Of a DNA stretch of 64,000 nt, positions 39,427-49,889 are shown in pieces. The notes beneath the pieces were generated by a model. That model did not search any database. It was not told the DNA's origin and saw only the letters and a program-made list of their open reading frames with translations. The stretch is from an uncultured Candidatus Rokubacteria bacterium (GTDB lineage: Bacteria > Methylomirabilota > Methylomirabilia > Rokubacteriales > CSP1-6): assembly GCA_963758635.1 (NCBI GenBank), contig CAVWWD010000003.1:907184-971183 (forward strand), written 5' to 3'. Numbering within the stretch: the stretch's first letter is position 1; every line of letters begins with the position of its first letter. A program made the position numbers and the translations under genes.

Positions 39427-40153
39427 ATGAGAGGCACGCGGATCAGCTTGGCGTTGATCGGGGCCGTGACGTTCCTGTCCGTCGGATGCGCGACGAGGGC
39501 GTACGTGCGGGAGCAGGTGCAGCCTACCCAGGCGCAGCTGGCCCAGACCAACCAGCGGGTCGACGCGCAGGAGACTCAGCTGAAGCAGAACGTCGAGCCT
39601 CTCCGAGACCAGCCGCATGCGGCTCGACACCCTCGACGGGCGCATGGGCGAGACGCAGACGACGGCGAACCGCGCGGCCGCTCGCGCCGAGGAAGCGGCG
39701 GGCAGCGCGGCCGAGGCCAACCGGAAGGTCGACTCCGTGTCGGAGCAGGTACGCGACCTCGACGGGCGGCTCACGGCGCGGATCGCCAACCGCAACAAGT
39801 TCAGCTCCCTCGACACCCGCAGCATCTTCTTCGACTCCGGCAGGTCTGACCTGAAGGACGAGGGCATGACGATGCTCCTCGAGGTGGCCAAGGCCCTGAA
39901 GGAAGACCCCAACGCGATCGTTGAGCTGCGCGGGCACACCGATGGTGTGGGCAACGAGCGGCAGAACGTGCTCCTCTCCCGGGAGCGCGTGGACGCCGTC
40001 GTGCGCTATCTCGTGCAGAAGGAAGGCGTCGAGCTGCGGCGCATCCACTCGGTGGGACTGGGCAAGGCCGTGCCCGTGGCCGATAACAACACCCGCGAGG
40101 GTCGCGCCAAGAACCGGCGGGTCGACGTGACGTTGCTGTCTCCCCAGAGCTGA
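39427..40153 (+). pseudogene. OmpA-family lipoprotein (coiled-coil + OmpA_C) with frameshift near 39603
   Basis: ATG 39427 after aaggagg RBS, lipobox FLSVGC (ORF 39250..39849 frame); OmpA C-domain ...ELRGHTDGVGNERQNVLLSRERV in ORF 39617..40153. Confidence 0.6.
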
Positions 40154-40181
40154 TCCGGGATCGGATCGGCGGAGCCCGCGG

Positions 40182-40787
40182 ATGAGGCGTGAGGGCGCCG
40201 TGCTCGCCCGGCGGATCGCGAGGCCGATGGTCGGGCTCGTGATCCTGCTCGGAACGGGCGCGTGCGTCCTCCCGCCGACCGCCGCGTTGCCGCCGGTGCA
40301 GCCGGTCAGCGCCGACGCGCGCGCGCTCCGCTACGGGGCCAGCGCGGCGGAGATCATGAATCATCCCGCGCTCCGCGACGGCGTCGTCGCGCTCTACCAG
40401 GCCGAGGGGATCCCGCGGAGCGGCCTCACCGCCCTCGGCGCCCCGCCCCCCGAGTTCTTCGCCCGGACCGAGTCGCTCCGGCTCCTGCGCGTCGGTGATC
40501 GCGTCTACATCGCCGCCGTCGGGTGCGCGCCCGCGGCCTGCGCGGCGCGCCGCGGCCTCCTGCTGGTGCGGGAGGACGGCGGGGAGCTCCTGTCGCGGCT
40601 GGACGAGGGGGGCTTCTCGCACTACTACGTCCACGGCGCCGGGGCCACTGCCGGCCCGGGCGTCCAGGCGCTTCTGGACGAGGCCTGGTACGTGTCGATG
40701 CGGGCCGCCGTCGTCGGCGTCGTCGTCGCCGGGCTCCGCTCGCTCGCCCTTCCGTCCCCCGCCGCTCGACCGTCCCCCGCCGGCTGA
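40182..40787 (+). CDS. hypothetical lipoprotein
   Basis: ORF 40182..40787; signal peptide and LGTGAC lipobox; no recognisable domain. Confidence 0.35.
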   Translation: MRREGAVLARRIARPMVGLVILLGTGACVLPPTAALPPVQPVSADARALRYGASAAEIMNHPALRDGVVALYQAEGIPRSGLTALGAPPPEFFARTESLRLLRVGDRVYIAAVGCAPAACAARRGLLLVREDGGELLSRLDEGGFSHYYVHGAGATAGPGVQALLDEAWYVSMRAAVVGVVVAGLRSLALPSPAARPSPAG

Positions 40788-40813
40788 GCGCCCCGGCGCG
40801 CCGGGGCGCCGGA

Positions 40814-41809
40814 TCAGTCCACGGAGCCGAAGCGCTCCTCGAGGACCGCCAGCATCTCCTCGATCCGGTGCCGGAGCGTGTGCTCGGCGAGGGCCCGCTT
40901 GTGTCCTGCCTGGCCGATGGCGCGCGCCTCGTCGGGATGCGCGAGGTGGTAGTCGATCACGCGTCGCAGCTCCGCGGGGTCGCGGTAGGTGAGCACCTCG
41001 CGGCCCGGGGCGAAGAGGCTCGCCAGCTCCTCGCGGTAGTCGGCCACCTGGCACGCGCCGCTCGCCGCCAGCTCGAAGGCGCGGCTGTTGACCGCGGCGA
41101 TGTCGTTCATCGGGTGGTGGTGGTTCAGGAGCAGCGTCGAGCCCGAGTACACCGCGAGCTTCGCCCGTCCCCACACCGGCCCGCCCGCCGCCATGGCGCG
41201 CACGGTGGCCGAGGCCGCCCGCTCCCACCCCGTGCCCCAGAGGCGCAGGGGGTAGCCGCAGAGTTCCTGCACGAACCGCTCCCGGAACGCGTAGTGGCTG
41301 CCCACGAACGCCACCGGCGACGCGAAGCGCCGGGCCTCCTCGTCGGTCAAGTCGAGGGGATGATGGAACTCGGGGACGCAGTAGAGCGGCAGGTAGTGGA
41401 GGTTCCGGAGCCCCACCGACTCGAGGGCGCGGAGGGCATAGCGCTCCTTGGTGAAGAAGAGGTCGTATGGCTCGATGCACTCGAACGGCATCATCCACAG
41501 GGGGTTGTCGGGGAACAGGTTCAGGAAGCGGGTGTCGATGCGGCGCTTGACTCGCCCGATGAGCCCCGGCGTGATGGGCCCGCCCTTGACCACGAGCACG
41601 ATGTGGGGCTCCCAGCGGAGGCACACGCGCTCGAGCCGCCGCAGGATCCAGAGCTGGTAGGCCGCCTTCGTGCCCCGGTTCTTGTAGAGCAGGTTGTCGC
41701 GACGATAGGCGAAGGTCTGCGCCTCGTGCCCCATGGCCCGGAGCTCGTCGCGGAAGTCCATGCCCATGTGCTCGGGGCGGGCGGAGGGGAGCACGATCAG
41801 CCAGCGCAT
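40814..41809 (-). CDS. CgeB-like / DUF3880 glycosyltransferase
   Basis: C-terminal 331 codons of ORF 40814..42286 from MRWLIVLPSARPEH (ATG 41809). Confidence 0.5.
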   Translation of the reverse strand: MRWLIVLPSARPEHMGMDFRDELRAMGHEAQTFAYRRDNLLYKNRGTKAAYQLWILRRLERVCLRWEPHIVLVVKGGPITPGLIGRVKRRIDTRFLNLFPDNPLWMMPFECIEPYDLFFTKERYALRALESVGLRNLHYLPLYCVPEFHHPLDLTDEEARRFASPVAFVGSHYAFRERFVQELCGYPLRLWGTGWERAASATVRAMAAGGPVWGRAKLAVYSGSTLLLNHHHPMNDIAAVNSRAFELAASGACQVADYREELASLFAPGREVLTYRDPAELRRVIDYHLAHPDEARAIGQAGHKRALAEHTLRHRIEEMLAVLEERFGSVD

Positions 41810-41858
41810 CGGGGGGAGCCTATCACACGGGTCGAGGGCGCAGCGGCCCGTGCCGCGC

Positions 41859-42812
41859 TCAGCGGGCGGCGCGGGCGCGGGCGGCGATGAGGGGATTAGC
41901 GAGGGCGGCCGTTCCCACCAGGACGGCCTCGGCGCCCGTGGCAAGGGCGGCCCGCACGCGCTCCGGCGTGGTGAGCCCGCCCTCGGCGAAGACAACCCGG
42001 CTCCACGCGCCCGCGCGGCGCCACGCCAGGAGCTCGTCGACCTGGACCCGGGAATGCTCGTACACGTCCGCGCCGGAGATGGCGGCCACCTCGCGTCCCG
42101 GTCCCGGGAACGCCGGGGTCCCGTCGGGCTTGACCACGCGGCGCTCGAGGCTCGAGACGAGCGCGAAGCCGTCGACCCAGGGCGCGAGGCGCCCCGCGAG
42201 CTCGTGGAGCGCCCGCGGACTCTGGGCGCTGCCGAGCCGGGCGACCACGGGGCGCGTCCCCACGGCGCGCCGCACCTGCTGGGCAACGTGGGCGGCCAGC
42301 GGCGGCTGCTCGAACACCATCGGGGCGCGGTCGACGGTCGACGCCGGGCAGGCGAGGTGCACCTCGATCACGTCCGCCCCCGCCTCGCCGGCCCAGCGCG
42401 CGCACTCGGCGTAGTCCAGGGCGAGGCGCTCGCCATCGCCATCTGGCACCGGGGTGCCGGCCACGCTGACGCTCAGGAGCTGCGTCGCGGAGAGCCGGCT
42501 CTTGGCCCGGCGCACGTCGGCACGCCACTCGTCGGGCGCCGCCGACGGCAGGCCGAAGGACCACGCGAGGGTCACGCTCCCGGGGTCGGCCCGGCGGGGC
42601 GCCCGCGGCTCGATCACCGCGGGGTCGCCGAAGTGGCAGAAGGCGAGGTTGGGCGGCGAGAAGGCCGCGCGAGCCACGCTCCGGACGGTCGCGTACGTGA
42701 GGAGGCCGTAGCCGAGCCGCGCGTAGCCCTGGATCCACCGCGCGTTCGGCAAGGGCCCCGCCGCCACGCCCACCGGACACTCCACCGGCAGGTCGAAGAG
42801 GCGGGTGGGCAT
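41859..42812 (-). CDS. dihydroorotate dehydrogenase family (DHOD/DPD-like TIM-barrel) protein
   Basis: C-terminal 317 codons of the 1140-aa stop-free frame 41859..45281, from MPTRLFDLPVECPVGVAAGP; ...GGLTTPERVRAALATGAEAVLVGTAAL. Confidence 0.55.
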   Translation of the reverse strand: MPTRLFDLPVECPVGVAAGPLPNARWIQGYARLGYGLLTYATVRSVARAAFSPPNLAFCHFGDPAVIEPRAPRRADPGSVTLAWSFGLPSAAPDEWRADVRRAKSRLSATQLLSVSVAGTPVPDGDGERLALDYAECARWAGEAGADVIEVHLACPASTVDRAPMVFEQPPLAAHVAQQVRRAVGTRPVVARLGSAQSPRALHELAGRLAPWVDGFALVSSLERRVVKPDGTPAFPGPGREVAAISGADVYEHSRVQVDELLAWRRAGAWSRVVFAEGGLTTPERVRAALATGAEAVLVGTAALANPLIAARARAAR

Positions 42813-42940
42813 CGGAGGAACCTTCCGCGGCCGCGCCGGGAGCCGGGGCGGGTGGGCCGCGTTCCACGCGTGCGAGCGCCCGGTGCGGTACGCGATCAGG
42901 TGCCGACCCTCCCACAAGGCGGTCGCTTCCGGCTGCTCTC

Positions 42941-43095
42941 GCAGGGGGAGCGGTTGGTTCCACGGCATTACCATATCCGCTCCTCTCGGCTCCAGGCGGT
43001 TGGTTCCACGGCATTGCCATATTCGCTTCGCTCGCCTTCGGCTCGCTGCGCACTGCAAGTCGCCTCCGGCTCGCTTCGCACTGCGGGTGTCATGG
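42941..43095. repeat. composite short repeat element, copy B (inverted relative to copy A at 5731-5860)
   Basis: Reverse complement contains gcagtgcg(a/c)agcgagccg(a/g)agg units and two aatgccgtggaaccaacc tails; intergenic between DHOD-like and LLM genes. Confidence 0.7.
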
Positions 43096-43105
43096 TGGGC
43101 GGCGC

Positions 43106-44096
43106 TCAGGCGAACGCCGGCAGGACCTCCTTCGCGAGCAGCGTCAGCTCGCGCATGATGTGGCGGTGCGGCATGCCGGGGAAGAACAGCCGGCAGATCA
43201 GGTGCGTGGCGCCGTAGCGCTCGACGAACGGCTTGAGGTCGCGGATCACCTGGTCGGGCCCGCCGATCAGGAACCGGTCCTTCTTGATCGGTGTCGAGGT
43301 CGGTGGCGATGGACGCGTCGATGAACGGATGCTTCCACCCGCCCGCGTACTCGCGCCGGTACGAGATCATGATGTGCCGCTCGGCGAGCTCGCGGGCCTC
43401 GGCGTCGGTGTCGGCGATGATCACGTCGCGCGTGAGCGGCCACTCCGTCACCGGCTCGGCGCGGCCGGCGGCCGCGCGGTTGGCGAGGAACTGTTGCTTG
43501 CCCTGGAGCAGCCGCGCCAGGTCGGCGGTGGGGCCGGGGATCCAGTTGTCGGCGAGCGTGGCGGCGCGGCGCAGCGTGATGTCACCCCACCCGCCGATCC
43601 ACACCGGCGGGTGCGGCTTCTGGACGGGCTTGGGCTCGAGCCGGCCCGTCACCTGGTAGTAGCGCCCGGCGAACGAGAAGCTGTCCTGCGTCCACAGGCC
43701 GCGGAGGATGGCGAGCTGCTCCTCGAAGCGGGCCCCGCGCCTGTCCAGGTCCACGCCGTAGAGCGCGAACTCGTCGGGCTTGTAGCCGATGGCCGCGCCC
43801 AGCACCACCCGGCCCCCCGAGATCACGTCGAGCATGGCCACGTCCTCGGCGAGCCGGACCGGATGGTGGAAGGGGGCGACGACGATGTCCGTCCCGAGCG
43901 TCATCCGGGACGTGCGGGTGGCGAACCCGGCGAGCACGGTGAGGGGAGAGGGCCAGTAGTGATCGACCACCGAGTGGTGCTCCTCCATCCACACGGAGTC
44001 GAACCCGAGGTCCTCGGCGCGGACGACCTCCTCGATCGCGTCGGTGTAGAAGTGTCCTCCCTCGATGGGGATGAACCCGACCTTGAGCCTCGCCAT
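43106..44096 (-). pseudogene. LLM-class (luciferase-like) flavin-dependent oxidoreductase with frameshift near ~43288
   Basis: MARLKVGFIPIEGGHFYTD...GGWKHPFIDASIATDLD in the long frame; C-terminus KKDRFLIGGPDQVIRDLKPFVERYGATHLICRLFFPGMPHRHIMRELTLLAKEVLPAFA* in an adjacent frame. Confidence 0.6.
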
Positions 44097-44113
44097 GCCG
44101 GCCTGCCTCGGGC

Positions 44114-45031
44114 CTATAGCTCGCCGGCCTCCTCGAGCGCCTGCTTCAGCCGCTGCCGGTCCTCGGGCCCCACGGGCGTGAGCGGCGGGCGCATGTGGCC
44201 GTGCTCGAGGATGCCCTGCATCACCAGGACTTCCTTGCAGCGCGCCCGGTAGTCGCGGATCGGCGTGGCGAAGATCGCGTCGACCAGGCGCTGGATGCGA
44301 TCGCCCCGCTCCCGCGCCGTCGCCCAGTCGCCCCGCATGGCCGCGGCGTGCACGGCGACGTGGCTGGCCGTGGTCACCGCGCACGCCCCCAGCAGCGCGC
44401 CCTCGGCGCCGAGGAGGTACGACTCCCAGATGAAGTTGTCGTTGCCAGTGAGGATGGTGATGCGGCGAGGCGCGGAGCGGATCACGTCGACGATCTCGCG
44501 GAAGCGCTTGGCGTCGAAGAGGGCCTCCTTGATCGCCACCACCTGGGGGATCTCGATGAGCCGCGCCAGCGTCTCGTCCGCGAAGTTGGTGCCGCCCAGC
44601 GCGGGCTGGAGCGTGAAGATGACCATGGGCAGGCCCGCGGCGTCCGCGATGGCCTTGTGGTACGCGTACGGAACCTCCGCGGGGAGCGGCTGGCCCAGGT
44701 ACGCGGTGATCGGGAAGACGAGGAAGGCGTCGGCCCCCGCCTCGCGATAGTCCTTCGCGTACTTCACGGCCTGGGCGGTGAACGAGGCGCCGAGGCCGGC
44801 CACGATCGGGATGCCGCGCCCGGCCAGCTCCTCGCGGTAGATGGCGAGGACGCGGAGCCGCTCCTCGTGCCAGAGGTGCGGGCCCTCGCCCGTGTCCACG
44901 TTGACCGCCACCGCCTTGATCCCCTGACCGGCGATCCAGCGGATGTAGCGGCGCAGCGCGGGCTCGTCGATCTGCGCGTCCGCCGTCATCGGGAGGACGG
45001 TGGCGGGGACGATGCCGGCGAGGTCGAGCAT
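44114..45031 (-). CDS. dihydrodipicolinate synthase family (DapA-like) lyase
   Basis: ORF 44114..45031, 305 aa, DapA/NAL family similarity. Confidence 0.7.
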   Translation of the reverse strand: MLDLAGIVPATVLPMTADAQIDEPALRRYIRWIAGQGIKAVAVNVDTGEGPHLWHEERLRVLAIYREELAGRGIPIVAGLGASFTAQAVKYAKDYREAGADAFLVFPITAYLGQPLPAEVPYAYHKAIADAAGLPMVIFTLQPALGGTNFADETLARLIEIPQVVAIKEALFDAKRFREIVDVIRSAPRRITILTGNDNFIWESYLLGAEGALLGACAVTTASHVAVHAAAMRGDWATARERGDRIQRLVDAIFATPIRDYRARCKEVLVMQGILEHGHMRPPLTPVGPEDRQRLKQALEEAGEL

Positions 45032-45039
45032 GGCGGGGC

Positions 45040-45227
45040 TCGCACGCGTCGCTGGCGAGCTTGCCGTTCACGCCCCAGTTCGACTTCTCCACGTCCTGGA
45101 AGACGATGTGGACCTGGTCGGCGGTGGTCTTGCCGATCTTGACCATCGCCTCGGTGATGGCGGCGGTGATCTCGCGCTTCTGCTGGTCGGTGCGGCCCGC
45201 GTACCACTGGACGGTGATGTTCGGCAT
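45040..45227 (-). CDS. 4-oxalocrotonate tautomerase family protein; no in-frame stop nearby (3' end unresolved)
   Basis: MPNITVQWYAGRTDQQKREITAAITEAMVKIGKTTADQVHIVFQDVEKSNWGVNGKLASD within ORF 41859..45281; N-terminal Pro1 signature. Confidence 0.45.
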
Positions 45228-45403
45228 GTGCGCCCCCTTGTCTCGCGGCGACGGCGAGGTGGATGGACCGACGGCGCGCATTATCCCACGTGCGGCGGCG
45301 CGGCGCCGCGCGGCGAGTTCGTGCGGCCGCTTGACGCCTCGGGCGCGTTCCGCCTAGGGTGAACCAAGCGTTTTTCGATCGCCGTCCCGCGAGGAGGACA
45401 GCC

Positions 45404-45769
45404 ATGCCGGTTCCGGTCATGCACGGGTACGCGAGGCTCCGCGAGCTTCCGGAGGAGAAGATCGGCGACAAGATCACCCGCCGCATCGTGGTCGGCGAGA
45501 AGGGCATGATCGTGTTCTGGTCGATGAAGGCGGGCGCGCACGCCACGCGCCACCAGCATCCCCACGAGCAGATCTTCTGGATGATCTCCGGCCGCATGGA
45601 GTTCGACCTGGACGGCGACAAGCGCACCTGCGTGGCCGGCGACTGCGGGGTCATCCCCGGCAACACGCCGCACGAGGCCTTCTTCCCGGAGGACACCGAG
45701 GTCATCGACGTGTTCTCGCCGCCGCGGGAGGACATGTTCACGGGGGACGACACCTACCTGCGGCGCTGA
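45404..45769 (+). CDS. cupin domain protein
   Basis: ATG 45404 after gaggagga RBS within ORF 45359..45769; HQHPHEQIFWMISGRMEF cupin motif. Confidence 0.6.
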   Translation: MPVPVMHGYARLRELPEEKIGDKITRRIVVGEKGMIVFWSMKAGAHATRHQHPHEQIFWMISGRMEFDLDGDKRTCVAGDCGVIPGNTPHEAFFPEDTEVIDVFSPPREDMFTGDDTYLRR

Positions 45770-45948
45770 GGAATGGGGACAGCGTACCGGCGTCCGCGCG
45801 GCGGTCCGGGAGCGTTGGCGCTTGCGCTCGCCGGGCCTTCGGAGCCAGAGTGACGCGAGAAGGGACTCACCGGACGCTACCGACCTCCGGCGGGCGCCGC
45901 CCGCCGAGAGCGCAGCGAAGCGCTTGTCATCCACGAAGGAGAGGCGCG

Positions 45949-47065
45949 ATGCAGCCTGGATGGCTCAAGGAGTACTTCCAGCCCCGGCCGGACCGGGGTC
46001 CCCGAAGGCGCGACCGACAGGCGCCGACAGTCGAGGAAACGCAGGACGGCGTGTCACGGCGCGACTTCGTGAAGAGCGGGTTCGTGGCCGGGATGACGGC
46101 CGGGCTCGCCGCCGGCGCCGTGGTGGCCCAGACGGGCTCGGCGCAGGCGCAGGCGACGCCGAATCCGCTCGCCCGGGCGCATGGTGGCCATCGCCCTGGG
46201 GCGCCCAGGACCAGCGCGGCGCCAACAACCGCATCACGCCCGCCAAGGTGCTGGAGGCCGCGCGCCTCATCAAGACCGGAAAGATCTACCCGCTGGGGCG
46301 CGTGCTCGAGAAGGGCATCCCGCTGTTCGGCGAGCGGCTCGGCGCGCACGTGGTCATCCCGGGCACGCCGACCGGGGGCCCTTCGGCAAGCACAACCTCT
46401 ACTACCACGACGAGCTGTTCGTGGGGGAGATCGGGCAGGCGGGCTCGCAGTTCGACGGCCTCGGCCACATCGGCATGGCCGCGAGCGACGGCAAGATCCG
46501 GTACTACAACGGCTTCACGCAGGAGGAGGTCGGCTCCGCCTACGGTCTGAAGAAGCTCGGCATCGAGCATCTCCAGCCGTTCTTCACCCGCGGCATCCTG
46601 CTCGACGTGCTCGCGCTCAAGGGCGGCGATCGCCTGCCGATCAACTACGTCATCACGGTCGACGACATCCGGGCGACGCTGGCGCGCCAGAACATCCGCG
46701 AGCCCGGCGAGGGCGACGCCGTCGATCTTCAACACCGGCCACGGCAAGCTCTGGAAGAAGGACAACGCCGAGTTCAACAAGGGCTGCCCCGGCCCCGGCA
46801 TCACGGCGGGGCGGTGGCTCGCCGAGCGGAAGGTCGCGGTGGTCGGCGCCGACACGTGGCCGGTGGAGGCGGTGCCCGGCGAGAACCCGGACCTGCCGTT
46901 CGCCTGCCACGCCATCTGGCTCACGCTGAACGGCATCTACATCAACGAGAACCTCTTCACCGAGGACCTCGCGAAGGACCGGGTCTACGAGTTCGCGTGG
47001 TCGTTCAACCCCGTGCCCATCAAGGGCGCGACGGGCGCGCCGGGAACTCGGTCGCCATCGCGTAG
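45949..47065 (+). pseudogene. TAT-signal cyclase-family protein (kynurenine-formamidase-like, PF04199) broken by about four single-base shifts (~46197, ~46385, ~46729, ~47050)
   Basis: SRRDFVKSGFVAGMTAGLAAGAVVA TAT signal; pieces WGAQDQRGANNRITPAKVLEAARLIKTGKIYPLG, FGKHNLYYHDELFVGEIGQAGSQFDGLGH, IFNTGHGKLWKK...VVGADTWPVEA, NSVAIA* lie in alternating frames. Confidence 0.5.
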
Positions 47066-47281
47066 CCGCGGCGGCGGGGGCGCCGGCACCGCCTCCACCC
47101 GCTGTCCCGCGGGTGCGCTTACTCGTATGCCCCCGGTACGGCGAGCATTTTCGCGCAACACACGGCGCGTGCGCCGTTGACACGTCCCGGAGCCGGGCGC
47201 TATCCTGCGCCTGCTCGGCGCGCGTCACGAGACGCGTGGCGCTCCGCGAGGCCTCGGACCCCAACGTTGAGGAGAGGCGAC

Positions 47282-48149
47282 ATGAGAAAGTCAGCCGTCG
47301 CAGCGCTCGCTCTGACCCTGCTGTGTCTCCTTCCCGCGATCGCGTCCGCCCAGGTGAAAGGCGTGTACTGGACGGCGAGCGGCGTGTTCGGCCCGTTCCC
47401 CCTCAACGCGTTGATCCCGTCGCTTCCGGCGGACAAGTCCCGCGAGGTCACCCTGCCGGTCAACATGTGGATCATCGATCACCCCAAGGGGCTGGTCGTG
47501 TTCGACACCGGCAACAACGTCGCCGATCTCGGACGGCAAGTGCAAGTCGTACTGGGCCGCGGGCCTGTGCGACCTCCTCAAGCCGAGCCAGAAGCGGGAC
47601 GACGTGATCGACATGCAGCTCAAGAAGCTCGGGTTCTCGACGGATCAGGTGAAGGCCGTGATCTCCTCCCACGCGCATCTCGACCACATCGGCAACATCA
47701 AGCTGTTCCCGAAGGCCGTTCACGTGATCCAGAAGAAGGAGCTCTACCAGGCCTGGTGGCCCGAGAAGTTCCAGGGGCGCGAGGGCGGAGTCTTCGTGCT
47801 GGGCGACTTCGACGGTCCCGCGCGCGGCTTCAACTACCTCGAGCTCGAGGGCGACTACGACCTGTTCAGCGACGGCAGCATCATGATCATCACCACGCCG
47901 GGGCACACCCTGGGCCACCAGTCGGTGAAGGTGAAGCTGCCCAGCGGCAAGACGATCGTGATGACGCAGGACGCGGTGTGGGTGAAGGAGAACCTCGAGG
48001 GGTTCCCCGCCGGCATCAACTACAGCGTCAAGGACTACGAGGCGTCGGTCCAGCGGCTCAAGATGATCCGCGACCTCGAGAACGCGGAGCTCTTGTTCGG
48101 CCACGATCCCGATCAGTTCAAGCAGGGCGGCAACAAGTGGCATAGGTAG
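47282..48149 (+). pseudogene. secreted MBL-fold N-acyl-homoserine-lactonase-like (AiiA family) hydrolase with frameshift near ~47527
   Basis: ATG 47282 after gaggagagg RBS, signal peptide; SHAHLDH motif and ITTPGHTLGH in ORF 47604..48149; N-terminus in ORF 47177 frame. Confidence 0.55.
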
Positions 48150-48210
48150 CTCGCGAACCTCCCCCGCCGGCCCGCTCTCGCGCGGCGCCGGCGGGGGCGT
48201 CTCCGCCGTC

Positions 48211-49185
48211 GTGACCTCCCGTCCCGCCGCCATCGTCCTCGAGTCCGTCACCAAGCGCTACGGCTCCACCGTCGCCGTCCAGGACCTGTCGTTCACCGTC
48301 GAGCCCGGCGAGATCGTCGGATTCCTCGGGCCGAACGGGGCGGGCAAGACGACGACGATGCGGATGATCGCCGGCTTCACCGCCGCCACCTCCGGACGCG
48401 TGACGGTGGGTGGTCATGACATGGCCACCGACAACGTGCGGGCGGCGCGGCTGCTCGGCTACCTGCCCGAGCGGCCGCCCCTCTACGACGCGCTCGACGT
48501 GGCGGCCTACCTGCGGTTCGTCGCGCGGGCCAAGGGGGTGTCCCGCTCGGAGATGCGGGCCGAGCTCGAGCGCGTCACCTCGGCCTGCCGGCTGGAGGCG
48601 GTGTTCCGGAGCGAGATCTACAAGATCTCGCGCGGCTACCGGCAGCGGGTCGGGCTCGCCCAGGCCTTGCTCGGTCGGCCCCAGGTGCTCCTGCTCGACG
48701 AGCCGACCGCCGGGCTCGATCCCGGGCAGATCCACGAGACCCGCGAGGTCATCCGGTCCTTCGGGGAAGCGCACGCGGTGCTGCTGAGCACCCACATCCT
48801 GGCCGAGGCCACGCTCATCTGCCGCCGGGTGGCCATCATCGACCACGGGCGCCTGCTCGCCATCGACTCGCCCGCCGGGCTGCAGCGGGCCGCGGAGCAG
48901 ACCAACGTCGTGACCCTCCAGGTGGCCGGCCCGGCGCCGGACGTGCGCGAGGCGCTCGCCTCGATCCAGGGCGTGGTCGGCGTCGAGGTCCGCGGGCCCG
49001 CCGGTGACCGAGGCCTCCTGACGTGCTCGTGTCGGGTCGAGCCCATCGAGGGGGTGGAGGCGGCCATCGCGCGCGTCGTCTCCGGCCGTTTCCACCTCCA
49101 CCGGCTGGAGCGGCAGCAGCCCACGCTCGAGAACGTCTTCCTCCGGTACGTGAACGAGGCGACCCGGCCCGGGGATGCGGGATGA
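48211..49185 (+). CDS. ABC transporter ATP-binding protein (second GldA-like copy, intact)
   Basis: ORF 48211..49185; Walker A GPNGAGKTT, signature ISRGYRQRV, Walker B LLLDEPT. Confidence 0.8.
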   Translation: MTSRPAAIVLESVTKRYGSTVAVQDLSFTVEPGEIVGFLGPNGAGKTTTMRMIAGFTAATSGRVTVGGHDMATDNVRAARLLGYLPERPPLYDALDVAAYLRFVARAKGVSRSEMRAELERVTSACRLEAVFRSEIYKISRGYRQRVGLAQALLGRPQVLLLDEPTAGLDPGQIHETREVIRSFGEAHAVLLSTHILAEATLICRRVAIIDHGRLLAIDSPAGLQRAAEQTNVVTLQVAGPAPDVREALASIQGVVGVEVRGPAGDRGLLTCSCRVEPIEGVEAAIARVVSGRFHLHRLERQQPTLENVFLRYVNEATRPGDAG

Positions 49186-49889
49186 CCGGCCTGGGCGCCG
49201 TCTATCGCAAGGAGATCGCGACGTACTTCAGATCGCCGATCGCCTACTTCGTGGTCGCGGTCTTCCTGCTCGGCACCGGCTACTTCTTCCTCTACAACAT
49301 CTTCCTGACCGGCGACGCCACGATGGCGAGCACGTTCCTGAACATGGGCCTGCTCCTGCTCACGCTGACCCCGCTCCTGTCCATGCGCCTGTTCGCCGCG
49401 GAGCACGGCGCGGGCACGATGGAGCTGCTCATGACGCTGCCGCTCACGCCCTGGCAGATCGTGCTCGGCAAGTACCTGGGCGCGGTCACGATCCTGGTCG
49501 CGATCGCCGTCGGCACCGGCATCGACCTGGTGCCGCTCTACCTGTTCGGCAACCCCGAGACGATGACGATCGTCTCCGGCTACGTCGGCTTCCTGCTGCT
49601 CGGCATGGCGTGTCTCGCCGTCGGCCAGCTCGCCTCCGCGCTCACGGAGAACCAGATCGTGGCCGCGCTCCTGACCGCGGCCATCCTGCTCGCGTTCTGG
49701 CTGGTCGGACACCTCCAGGGCTTCCAGACGTCGCCGGCCCTGCGCGCGCTCATCGCGTACCTCTCGTTCGCGCTCCACTTCGCCGATTTCATCCACGGGC
49801 TCGTGCGCACGGAGGCGATCGCCTTCTTCCTGATCGTCTCCGCGGTCGCCCTGACGTTGAACGCCAGCTATCTCCAGTGGCGGCGCTGA
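49182..49889 (+). CDS. ABC-2 type permease (second copy)
   Basis: ATG 49182 overlapping ATPase stop; paralogous to 22655..23422. Confidence 0.75.
   Translation: MTGLGAVYRKEIATYFRSPIAYFVVAVFLLGTGYFFLYNIFLTGDATMASTFLNMGLLLLTLTPLLSMRLFAAEHGAGTMELLMTLPLTPWQIVLGKYLGAVTILVAIAVGTGIDLVPLYLFGNPETMTIVSGYVGFLLLGMACLAVGQLASALTENQIVAALLTAAILLAFWLVGHLQGFQTSPALRALIAYLSFALHFADFIHGLVRTEAIAFFLIVSAVALTLNASYLQWRR

Noticed and set aside
41859-45281. Single 1140-aa ORF on the minus strand
   Set aside because: It is a concatenation of at least four separate genes (DHOD-like, LLM, frame-overlap with DapA-like, tautomerase) plus an intergenic repeat, read through because no stop occurs in this GC-rich frame.
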